A stretch of 56,650 nt of DNA, the filler included, from Jimgerdemannia flammicorona (lineage: Eukaryota): assembly GCA_003990765.1 (NCBI GenBank). It is 3 parts of 3 records of this genome, joined end to end, with 100 filler letters (N's around TTAATTAATTAA, not from the genome) between each part and the next. Parts side by side here need not be neighbours in the genome. Positions count along the whole stretch, not along the records: positions 1 to 18,821 come from RBNJ01002104.1; 2 more parts are not named here. One strand, 5' to 3'. Positions 1 to 11,784 of the stretch are shown one piece after another. The position numbers and the translations under genes are program-made. The notes beneath the pieces were generated by a model that saw only the letters and a program-made list of their open reading frames with translations, had not been told where the DNA came from and searched no databases. The first letter of the stretch is position 1; every line of letters begins with the position of its first letter.

Positions 1-199
1 AAAAAAAAAAAAAAAAAAAAAAAAAATACTTATAATACTTATAAGTTGAGGAGTATAGCATGGAATATTATTTAAAGAAGACTGGATATTGTTTAAAGAA
101 GTCTGATTTGAAGTATCACCAATACTGAAAAATACTAATAACTGATCTATTGATATTAATGTTAATATAATATATGTATAGATGTATATATATATATAT

Positions 200-656
200 T
201 GTAATAGTTGATCCAAATTAAGAATATGAATCAGAGGAATTAGATATTTGATCATAGTATCTGAACTCAATTCCCAATATAGTATAGTTATACAAATGGC
301 AGTCTGTTGTTTTGCAACTGTTAAAGTTTTCGCAACTGTTAAACTCTTCACATATATTGAAGATTTTTTCAGATACTGAAAGATTCAATACTCACAGAAA
401 GTAACTCATAACTTAACTACCCTATAGCTAGCAAAACTTGTATAAATAACCCAATATCTTAGAGTAAATAAACCTTAGATTGAAATAGTTCAAAGTAAAG
501 AAAAAGTAAAGGAACTAGTAAAGCCTATAGGTAGATATACATACTTTGAACTCACCCACTTCTATATCTCAAGGACTCTGCAGAGTTAAAGAAGGTCAAG
601 TTTTTAAGATACAGAAATCCAACATACTTCTAAGGTTAAGCATTCACTCTGTTACA
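200..656 (+). repeat. 5' LTR of family A element
   Basis: TGTAATAG...CTGTTACA; colinear with 8465-8920, differences mostly transitions. Confidence 0.95.
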
Positions 657-2837
657 ACTTGGTGCCCATTGACTAATAATTTAAGATAAATCCCTCACTT
701 TTAAGCTAAATAATGAAAAACCACTATCATCTGAATAACCATATAAATTAAACCAAGATACCCAGACAAGATAGATATGAGACCACTAGTATTTCATAGT
801 TATACTTCAGACAAGTCAATCATTACCTTCATTGATGATTTTAAACAATATGCTGTTATAAGGTATCTGATAGTAAGGCAGCAAGTAACCCTCATACCCT
901 TCAGCCTCTAAGGACCAGCAAGAGCAGTATTTACAGCTATGATTCATATAGGAAATGATGATGATGCCATGCTAGCAATACAGAAGATCTGGCTTTGAGC
1001 CATATACTATATAGATAAGATCAAGCAGATACTGAAGGATCAGCTCAATACAATATATCAAAGAATGAGTGAGGATCCAAACACATTCTATACTAGAATC
1101 TGATATTAGATAATTCTTGCAGATTATACTGCCACTATCAGAGATCAAGTAGTCAAAGCAATCTTTATAAAAGGAATCTATCTGGAGATAGTTCTGACCA
1201 TCTGCTCATCACCAATAGTCCTAGATCTGATACAGAAGGTCACCTATGTCCAGCAATACTGGATAGCCAGATATCTATAAGACTATATAATAGAGAGAGT
1301 TGCTGGAGTCAGAATTAAAGCACTCAAAGCAACCAGTATGATCTCTATTACAGTAATTAATTAAAACACACCTCAGCTAAGAGCTACTGAATAGCAGAGA
1401 AATAGCAATCCTATAGAAAAACTTGCCAGAAAGTTTGCTAAAATGATAGTCCACCTAGAAGATGTGATAAAGAAAATTAAAGGAAGAGACTACTGCTCAG
1501 TTTAGAAATTTACTGCTACCTTAGACAAGAAGAGAGATATCTACTATACTTGCAGAGAAGAGGGCCACTACTCATATAAATGTATAAGTGAAACCAAATA
1601 CAAGGTACAGCTAAGTAATGCTACTCAAAATAAGAAATAGGCCAATATCATCACCTTTGAAGAAATTGGAGAGTCTGATGAAGAGGAGTGGAAGGCTTAC
1701 TCTGTATAGACTACTAAGAAGAATGTCTGCAAAGAACCCTATAAGAGACCACCAGGGAGACTTAAGAAGAACTCTGTGGAAAAACAGATAGAGACTGCTA
1801 TAGAAAGTTAAGATGAAAAAATGAATTAAGATATGGAGCTAGAACAGGCTGTTCAAGATATCATCTGAGGAACTACTCTAGCTAGTAAAGGAGAAAAGGA
1901 GAAGAAGCTTTACAAAACCAAGACCTTCAAGTATAATATCTTCAAGGATCTCAGTCAACAAAAGGTCAATGCAACCTTTGGCCAGCTGATAGAGATATCT
2001 ACATTCAGACAGCAAATGAGATATAGACTTACTGAAATAATCAAGAAGTAAGAATAGAAGATAACTGAGGCCAATAATATTCAAGAAGACTCAGGAGAAG
2101 AAAGTGAAGACAACTGTAAAACCTCTAACTATGCAACCTATCAAATTGAAGACAGAGTCTTTGAGGCTATCATTGATACAGGAGCAGGAGGATGTCTTTT
2201 CAGCAAGAAAGCAACAGACTGCCTAGGTTGGAAAGTTGAAGAAGTAACCAAATTAGTATTTATTACAGTAGATAGTATAAGAGCTACACCTCTGAGAAAG
2301 ATCCAAGATATCTCCATCAAGTTTGGAGAAGCAACCATTCCAGTGGATGTAATTATAACTAATGTAACTAACTATGACATTCTTATTAGCAATTAATAGC
2401 TTTACAAAGCTAAGGCAATAATTGATCTAAATGTACAAAAGATGCAAATCATCTACCATAGACAGAAGATGCAAATTCCCATCAATGTCAATAAAGGAGT
2501 CCTGTCTGAGATAGAGAAAGAAAAGAGTGAACAAGAGGAAGCTTACATAGTGACAACTCAGAAAAAGAAGAAGAAAATCAGATAGATGAGTGAAGAAGAA
2601 TGGTACAAGAAGATCATAGAAGGATATATACTATAAGAAGTCTGCCTTCATAGAATCTGAATGTACTATATGGAGCATATCAATGAGTATTACTAGTATA
2701 CTAATAAAATTAAGAAGATCTACTATGAAAGAAGAGAGAAGGCTCTTAAGAAACAGACAAGAGAAGAAAAGAAATTAGAAAAAGAAGAGAATAATAAACC
2801 ACCAGCTCTCCTTGAAGACAGTGACAATGAAGAGAAA

Positions 2838-3250
2838 ATCAAGATCAAGATTCAGAAAATTTATCCTGATACAGTCTTATCAGAATATAAGTCAGAAAAT
2901 GCAACTGGAATAGATATTACCACAGTAGAGAAAACTATACTCAAACTGCAGACAACTATCCTACTTGCAACTGGTCTAGAGATAACTATTCCAAAGGACC
3001 ATATTGGGATCCTCAAGACAAGAAGCAGCCTAACTAAGAGCAAAATCACAATTAAAGGAGAAGTCATCAATTTGGATTATATTAGAGAAATACTATTTAT
3101 TTCTAGGAATGACAATCCTATAATTTCATTCTCAATCAAGAAGAAGGACTGACTGGTATAGATATTGATCTTCTCAGTTCTTCAGCCAAGAATCATAGAA
3201 GTCAAGAAGTTGGAAAAAACAGAAAGAGGAAAAAGATTCAGATCTACAGA
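2838..3250 (+). pseudogene. dUTPase domain in pol (between protease and RT)
   Basis: Translation IKIQKIYPDTVLSEYKSENATGIDI...LLATGLEITIPKDHIGILKTRSSL...GEVINLDYIREI...TERGKRFRSTE; degenerate trimeric dUTPase motifs 1-5. Confidence 0.9.
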
Positions 3251-3689
3251 AAGAGGAGTATTCATCAGTACCAAGATCATCAAGCTGTAGTATAAGAAGG
3301 AGAAAACTATAAATAAGCACAGCTATACTATTGGAAACAAATTCCCACTCAAGACAGAGCTCAAGAAAATACTGTATAAATTTAAGGATATTCTTGCTAT
3401 AGACTTCAAGAATATCAAAAGAAAGACTCTATACTACTATTATAACATAGATATGAGAGATACCAAACCAATTTACCAGAAGGTAAGATCTGTCCCATCA
3501 GCCTACCAAGAGTGGCTCAAAGAAGAAATCAAGCAGATAGAAGAAGTCAGTATCATCAAGAAGACCAATAGCCCCTAGTCTTCACCAGTTGTACTAGCTC
3601 TAAAGAAAGGAAGTAAGTCTGGAGAATTTGCTCCAAGACTATGTATTGATTACAGAAAGCTCAACATAGTCACTAAGAAGGATCACCAA

Positions 3690-5714
3690 TGTAAGCACAC
3701 AACCTCCAAGTCACCAAAATCACATGTCACCCTCTGAACAAAGCCACTGAAATCACATGCGATCTCTGAACAAATCAGGAAATCACCTGCTTGATCATGA
3801 AGCTGAGTCAAACTGAAGTCATGGAATACAAGATTTATATAAACAGAATCTTACCAATCAGGACCAAATATATATATACCGAGTACCGAGACATGTCAAA
3901 CAGAAAATCAAAACAAACAATAACCACAACTTCTGAACATACCCAAACATGACCAGTGAGATCTACAACTGCATCTGTGCTGACATTTGGAATGCTATTA
4001 TCAACTGAGCCACACCCCCTCTACCCCTCATGAATATCCATAGCCTAGCACCCCTTTACTTTGTAGAAGCCCGATAGAATGCCCTGAACATACTTAATGA
4101 GGCCCACCAGATCGGACAAATCTCAAGCTACTACCAGATTGGCTGCCTCTTGGAAGATATGGTCAAACACCACCATGATACAGACATTACTCAGATGTCT
4201 CAACACCAGAAGCTCATTGCTCACAAATATTGAGAACTCTTCTATGAGTATAGCACTGTTATTCCCCACCTCTAAGTTACCATAGCTGAAATGGTTGCTA
4301 CCCTATCCTATGACCAAATCAATAACATGATACAAGAACTCAATCACAAGTACCTTGAGTATGTTGAAACTACAGACAGAACCTTCCCACACCCCAATGA
4401 TCATATCCTGCAAATGCCCCAAGTCAGATATACTATGAAGGACATCTATGATATAATCTACTTCAACAAAGACAAAGTAGAAGACAATGATCCCTTTAAT
4501 GCTGACATGACCTCAAGCCAAGGATCTCTACCAACTCTGATCACACCACCAACCTTGCCAATGAACTTACAACAATTCATAACAGTATATAAGACTTATT
4601 GGGACAATGACCACTAGTATGAATACCAACCTGCATTCACTCCCAATTACTTCAACTACAATGAAGAGACTGGAGAACATAACCTGTACCTCCAGACAAC
4701 CCTTGAGACTGAACCAACCACTCCACTACCCAAGTACGAGCAACATAAACCACAGCCACCAGCATATTACAACCCTGTGACTCATAGTACTATAACCTAC
4801 AGAAGGTATACAGACAGTAAATCTGATGAAAGCAAAGACAATACATCTCTCCTCTGCCCACCAATACCTTATCCAGCATATGAGATGGATGATGTTATCT
4901 TGTAGGATGGAGATGAAGTTTCAATGTATTATTACCTCAGCCAACAAGAAGAAGTAATCTGCAAACCACTTTTCCTAGACAACTATTTCATCAGAGATGA
5001 TATCATTGATGGTGATATTATTGAAGACTACCCAGATAGCGTCTAAACCTATAAATAGCTTAACAGTCATAGTATAATTAGATTAGCCTTGTATGACATG
5101 ACTGTGAACTGACTCAGCAGTCAGAAAATCTCTTGACATTTCAGATCACTCTTGTACTATATGACTATATTCTGACTCAGCAAGGCACTTAGTGCTACAT
5201 CCATATCTAGCATAGTCCAGATAGCCCCTCACTAGTATAAATACCCCCTCTCCCAGACCTCAGAATCTCAGACCTAAATGATTTGAACACACTTCCCCAC
5301 AATATTCCTTTACACAACTACTCCTAGTATAGCAATATCATAAATAGCAAATAAACCTATTTAATAATCCATAAACCACTCTTAAGTAAAATCTGCTCTC
5401 CATTAGGTTCCACTCCTAACCCTGTCACGAAATTTTCTAATTGGGTATTGTCTGCAGCAATACGCCAATTCAACTAAGCTGGCCTTAGTTTCTTGAACTT
5501 TCTGAAATATGAAAAATCCTAAACATCCAGAACTAGTCCGAAAAAGGACTTTGGTTGAGACATCAACCCAATCTTGAAATCAATAAGCATAGAGGATGTA
5601 CTCTATATGAAATTGATCTTGACTATAAGAAAACAGTCTTCCAGAATATCCAGAACTTCCAGAAAACTCTTTCAGAACTATATAACAGTTACTCTAAAAA
5701 GCAACCCTCTTACA
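3690..5714 (+). mobile_element. 2,025-bp solo LTR (family B type) inserted into the RT of element A
   Basis: Termini TGTAAG...CTTACA; exact 5-bp TSD ACCAA (3685-3689, 5715-5719). The RT frame resumes on both sides. The start and the 4993-5290 block match the LTR that follows the PPT at 14846. Confidence 0.93.
3949..5046 (+). pseudogene. ~365-codon ORF of unknown function inside LTR U3, broken by several stops
   Basis: ATG 3949, the ORF-track segment 4291-4617 and TAA 5044-5046 share one frame. Internal stops are TGA/TAG/TAA, consistent with single transitions. Lies upstream of the LTR TATAAATA at ~5236. Confidence 0.8.
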
Positions 5715-8018
5715 ACCAACTACTACCCCTCATAAATGACATCCTTATAACTCTGAGAGATAAAGTATAATACTATAGCACCTTGGATCTATACTCAGAA
5801 TTTTACCAAATCAGACTCACAGAAACAGTAAGTGAGAAATCAGCCTTCATCACTCTAGATAAAATCTATATCTATCTATAAATATCATTTGAAATATGCA
5901 ATACCCCTACAAGCTTCTAGTGAATGATGAACAAAATCTTCTATTATGATATGAGAAGATAGATGATGGTTTATATAGACAATATTATCATCTACAGCAA
6001 AATAGCTGAGAAATATCTGCAGCACATCCAGCAGATGATGGAGAAGCTGAGACAGCATAGTCTTTATATTAAATCTAAGAAGTACAAGTTTGCAGAAATC
6101 GAAATTATCTATCTTGGCCATATTATCAATTGAGATAGAATATACACAGACTCTCTCAAGATACAAATAGTAGCAGTATACCCAAGACCCACTACTATTA
6201 CTGAAGTCCAAGCCTTTATAGGACTTGTCTTATATTACTACTGATTTATTAGAGGATTCTTCAATATTGCAGACCCAATCTATGAACTCAATAAGAAGGA
6301 TACTAAGTTCCAATAGACTGACAGGCAACAGAAAGTATTTAATGAACTTAAGATCAGACTGACTTAGATACCTATTCTCAGAAGATCTGATTGAACTCAA
6401 GAATTCATCCTGTAGACAGATATAAGTACCTAGAGACTAGGAGCAGTCCTAGCTCGAAAGAAAGACAAAGTAGAGTATGTCATTATATATCTAAGCTGAG
6501 AAACCCAAAGAGCTGAAAAAGAATATGAATCCTATAAGTTGGAATGTCTTGCAGTCATCTAGACAGTGGAAAAGTTTCACTACTACTTTGCCAAAAGACA
6601 CTTCACCATTTAGATAGACCACTTAGCCCTTACTTAGCTACTGACTACTGGGTAACCCAAAGGAATCTATGCCAGATTGATTATAAAGTTGCAAGTATAT
6701 GATGTAACCATTGTGTACTACCTAGGAAGAATCAATGCTAATGTAGATACTCTCTCACAGATACTCTGAAAGACTTCCAACCAGTAAATCAATTATAAAT
6801 AAGGAGCTCTACTATGGAATCAATACCTACCTAAGATAGTAAAAGATGCTCCAATATCTGAAAGAATAGATACAAACAATTATCAATAGAACATAGAAAC
6901 AATTTGAAACCAATGGAGAAATATTAAAGAAAGGGAAGCTACTAGTTATACCAGAACATAAGAAGGAGCAAGTAACGAAATCAGTATATAAACTTGACTA
7001 TTTAGGAGGAATGAATATATATGATAAAGCAAAAAGAATAATATAGTGGCCAGGAATAGAGGAAGATATCAGATGATTTGTCAAGATCTGTAATAAATGC
7101 CAGAAATAGAAATAAGATCAATAAAATCAAGCTCCAGGATTAGCATACATAGAACTAGTACTATTTGTCTATATTGTAATAGATGTAATTGGCTTTCTAC
7201 TCTTAACTTTAACTAGTAACCAATACATCATCATCATTATCATAGATCTTTTTATGAAATAGATAGAGGTAGGATCCCTTAAGGAAGCCAATATATAGTC
7301 AATTACTGATTTCTTTTATAAAGAAGTTATCTGCTAATTCAAGACCCCAACACAAGTAACTACAGACAAAGGAACAGAATTTGTGAATTAGTTCTTTGAG
7401 GTTTTCTATAAGAAGTATAAGATTCAGCACATTTAGACTACAGCATATCATCCCTAAGAAAACAGATAGGCAGAAAGGACCAATAAGACCCTCAAGAATG
7501 TTATCATCAAGATCTGCAATAACTATGAAAACTGGGATCACTATCTGTTAATAGTATTATCTACTCTTCAGGATATTCAATCATAAAGTACCCATTTCAT
7601 CTCTCAGGAAATTCTGTTTAGAGAAGAAAGTTCCTAAGAAATCCTATTGTCTAATAGAGATACTGTATGAAAATATATGGATAGAGAGATATGGAGACTA
7701 CATCAAATCAGAAAGAAGACCAAGGATTATATAACCAAGGTACAGATACTATAATAGAATAATGTAGAAAAGATTCACAAGCTCTTGAAGATTATCAAGA
7801 TAGGAGACAAAGTCCTTATATATCAGAATATGGTAGAAGCTTCATGGTCATAAAAACTGGAGCCTAAGTGAGAAGAACCTTATCTTGTGCAAGATATAAA
7901 AGAGATCACCTTTTGGCTATAAAAACTCTCAGACACAATCATCTTTACTACCATTTACTGAAACTAAAGCTAACCAACAGAGTACTGCTACAGCTCTCAA
8001 GATCATCAGTACTATACA

Positions 8019-8427
8019 ATGAGCCATAGAAAGACAATGGTGTACTACTGAGCTGCTAACTATAGAGGAATCCTTTGACAGTATACAAAGTATAATCCAG
8101 ACCCACTTATTACAAATCTCATACTTTAAGGTCTATCAGAATCAAACTGAGTTTCAAGAATACTTCAAGTTGGAACAGCTACTGAACTCACAGCCAGAGA
8201 TGGGAAAAGAAGACTAGATTAGAGAGTGCTAGCTCTCTCATACTCAGATTACAACTGCCAAATGAGTCAACAAGATATTCAAAAATGATGAGCCAGCTCT
8301 AGCCCATCTTTGCAAAGTAGTTCCAGGAGACTTTGGATATATCAAGAGATAATACTAAGAGTATATAATGACACAAATCATACAATATAAGGAGATATAG
8401 ATTATAGAGGTCTGGGAGTTTGAATAG
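8019..8427 (+). pseudogene. Extra ORF remnant between integrase and PPT of element A
   Basis: ...QEYFKLEQLLNSQPEMGKED*IREC*LSHTQITTAK*VNKIFKNDEPALAHLCKVVPGDFGYIKR...EVWEFE*; probably one frameshift near 8150. Confidence 0.65.
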
Positions 8428-8464
8428 AGTGTTTTAGAGATAAATCATCTATTCAGGAGGAAGT

Positions 8465-8920
8465 TGTGACAGTTGATCTGAATTAGGAATATGAATCAGA
8501 AGAATTAGATATTTGATCACAATATCTGAACCTAATTCTCAATATAGTATAGTTATACAAATAGCAGTTGGTTGTTTTACAACTGTTAAAGTTTTCATGA
8601 ATGTTAAATTCTTCACAGATGTTGAAAATTTTGCAGATACTAAAAGATTCAATACTTGCAGAAAGTGACTCATAACTTAGCCACTCTATAGCTAGTAAAA
8701 CTTATATAAATAACCTAATATCTTAGAGTGAATAAACCTCAGATCAAAATAGTTTAAAGCAAAGAGAAAGCAAAGAAACTAGTAAAGTCTGTAGGCAGAT
8801 ATACTTTGAACTCACTCACCCCCACATCTCAAGGACTCCACAGGATCAAAGAAGATCAAGTTTTCAAGATATAGAAATCTGATATATATACTTCTAAGAT
8901 TAAGCATCTACTATATTACA
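8465..8920 (+). repeat. 3' LTR of family A element
   Basis: TGTGACAG...TATTACA directly after the PPT; matches 200-656. Confidence 0.95.
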
Positions 8921-9034
8921 ATATATATATTCATATTAGTATTTGTAAATGTACTTATGAATATTTTTCTTTTATGTTTCTCTGTTTATATATATAAGTG
9001 AATTATATAATAAGTTTTGTTTATTCATAAGATT

Positions 9035-9163
9035 CAAATTCAGTAATTCAAATTCAGTGGTTCAAATTCAGTGATTTGAATTAATCATGTGATGAATTTA
9101 ATTAGTTTGAATCAGAAATAGTCACAATTTAAACTGGTTCAAACTGACTCATTTAGAGCACTA
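9035..9163. mobile_element. Right end of a MITE of the TAGTGCTC-TIR family
   Basis: Three TCAAATTCAGT subterminal repeats, then GACTCATTTAGAGCACTA, the reverse complement of the TIR at 20359. Confidence 0.6.
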
Positions 9164-9490
9164 TTTATTACTAATAAGAGATAGTGAAGAGATAAGATTT
9201 ATATTTATAATTTATATTTTATAAAAAAAAAAAAAAAACTTAGATTTTATTAATATATTTAAGAATTTTACTTGAGAAGTTATTTGGATTGAGTCAAGTC
9301 TAATTTATTTTGATAAATATAGAGCAGTTGTTGTATTTAGATAGTTATATTAGAGCTAGTATATAAAATAACAATAGCTTGAGTTTAATTCATTTAGAGC
9401 AATTGACTCATTCTTTATTATTTTAATTTTCTCATTTCCAATATATCCTTAGACATAAGCTCAGTAACTCCAGATATTATCAGCAACAAG

Positions 9491-11784
9491 TGGGGGTACT
9501 GCTCCAGAGGAGAATGGCCTGCCCTGGAATTTTTAAAAGAGGATGGCTGTTGTTGAGGAGGTGTTGGAGGAAATGTCACAGATGTATGATGAGATTATTA
9601 GCTCTGAAGAGTGGATGGGGGGCCAGTGGCTAGGTCTGGTGTCCTTATTGTTCAAGAATAAGAGAATAAAGGAGGATTGGAGGAACTGGCAGCCAATTAT
9701 ACTCCTGGATATGAATTATAAGCTGGTGATGAAGATCCTCATTGCCAGACTACAAGAAGTGGCTTAGCAGGTCTTAGGGAAGGAGCAGCATGAATTTGTG
9801 AAGAGCTGCTTAATCAGAGATAGCATGGCATGGGTCTATAGTATTATTGAGGGAGTAAGGGTAGCAGGAGTGAATGGCCAACTAGTCTTCTTGAATCAGA
9901 AGAAGGCTTATGATAGAGTGAGGAGAGTATGGCTCACTAAGATATTGGGGTACATTGGGATCCCTGGGAACATTTGCCATTCACTCATTAGTCTGCTGGA
10001 AAGAAGTAGTGCAGCTATCCTGACTAATAGCTATAGGGAGGCAGTTTTTCTGCTAAGGAGAGGAGTACTGCAGAGTGACCTGCTCTTACCAATTCTTTAT
10101 ACCTTTACTCTGGAGCCATTGTTGGATAGAATTTAGTACAGGGTAGGGGAACTGAATATATTGGGGGTTAATTGGAAAGTGAGAGCCTTTGCAGATGATA
10201 TAGTGGTTAGGCTGGGCTCTATGGTAGATGTAGCAGTGCTGAAAGAGATGATGGAATAGTATGAGAGGTACTCAGAGATAAAGCTTAACTAGTACAAGTG
10301 TGAGATAATGGTGCTTGGTGAAGGGGTGGTCAGGGGGGATATCATTGGAAAAATAGTTCCTGCAGGAGAGATGGTTCAGTATCTAGATATCTACTTTTCT
10401 GTCTATAGCTCCCTGCTACCCAGAGAGTAGTGGGAATGTAAGATTGTAGAATAGAGTAAGGCACTGATTGATTGGAGTGGTAGATATATGTCACTAGTAA
10501 GGAGGGTGATGGTTCTGAATGTATACTGGTTGCCAAAGCTGTGGTATATAGGATACCACCTGAACTTCCCTAGCTGGGTGGTTAAGAGACTCCTCAAGAT
10601 AGCCTGCTTCTGGGTCTGAGCTGGGTGGTGCAGTCAGATAGGGTGGGAGATACTGATGATACTGCTGGATTATGGCAGACTTGGTCTGGTGGACCTTACA
10701 AAACACCTGGTCTGTTTGAGAGTATAGTAAATGAAGTATGCTGGTGAGCTGAGGGGGGGGGAATGGGTGCCTCTGATGCAATGGCTGTAGAAGATGCAGG
10801 TGTTACTGAGGGGTAGGTCTGGGGACTTGCTTTCCTTGGTAGCTCTGGAGAGTAGCTGGAGAATGTGATATAAAGAATTCTGGTGGGGAGTGGTAGATGG
10901 AGCACATTGCATTGACATCTGTTGGAGGGAAGCTAAAGGTGAGGAGGGTTGGGAGCTGGCAATGCAGAGGTGAGACCATCTCTTGCTGGGAGATAATCTA
11001 GTAGAGGACTTTTAGTTAGAGGATAGTATGGAGTGTCTTAGGGCTTAAGGGCAGGATCTCTGGCCCAGGGCCTGGCAGAAAGCTAGTATTGGAGAAGGAT
11101 GGAACTGGGCTGGTGTGTGGTCATGGAATATAGCAGTGATGAGATGGCTCCTGCCTAAGTATTGGGTGGTGTGGTGGCAGTTTTTATAGTGAAATGTGAT
11201 ATTGAACTTCTGATTGGAGTATCTTATAGCAGGTGGTAAATTTGAGTATAAGGAGTATTATGATATAGAGCAGGAGAGAGGGGTGGTGCAGATCCCAGAA
11301 CATGGTTAGGAGAGTGCAAGAGTATGGAGATGTTCTGGAGGATAATTGGAGGGAGGCTGGGGGTTCCTATACTAGACCCAGTGCATGAGAAGAGGTGGGG
11401 AGCCCTACAGTCTAGATTGGTGGACAGGGTGGGGAATGAGTGACTGATGGTAGAGTGGGCCTTAGCAGTATGGGTCAGGCTTACTAAATATTAGCAGAGT
11501 GTCTTTGAGAAGAGTTCCAGGTTGGCAGCAGAGTTGAGGGAGGCACAGTAGGAGAGACTGGTGCTGGATCTTCTGAATGGTTGGTGGATAGATTGGAGAC
11601 CCAAGGGGGGGAGTCAGAAGGGGAGGAGTCAGAAGGGGCTAGTGAAGAGGATTGTACTAAAGAGTAGTGGGTAAGTTGTGGTATCAGAGATGGGAGTTAC
11701 TCTTGCGAGAGATGGAGGGGGGAAATCTCTCAGAGGGATTGGATAGTGGACTACAATACAGTATTCATAAAGATGTAGAGGGGG
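9491..11784 (+). mobile_element. 5'-truncated L1/Tx1-type LINE (RT plus C-terminal region)
   Basis: DWRNWQPIILLDMNYK, FLNQKKAYDRV, RGVLQSDLLLPILY, AFADDIVV; homologous to 35680-37737; no poly(A) of its own, runs directly into the 1.2-kb element. Confidence 0.92.

Larger units (their letters stand above)
200..8920 (+). mobile_element. Full-length decayed Ty3/Gypsy LTR retrotransposon (family A): gag-PR-dUTPase-RT-RH-IN-extra ORF
   Basis: Paired LTRs at 200-656 and 8465-8920 (TG...CA). PBS-like TGGTGCCCA at ~660 and PPT AGGAGGAAG at 8455-8463. Motifs in order: zinc knuckle (Y)YTCREEGHYSYKC ~1540-1582, IIDTGA ~2170, LCIDYRKLN ~3640, VYIDN ~5970, RNase H TD...LGAVL ~6415, integrase core, and PK*EEPY (GPY/F) ~7865. 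Inserted in a (TA)n tract. Confidence 0.95.

Noticed and set aside
5555..5770. 71-aa ORF
   Set aside because: Spans the solo-LTR/RT junction; a chance fusion of LTR end and RT residues
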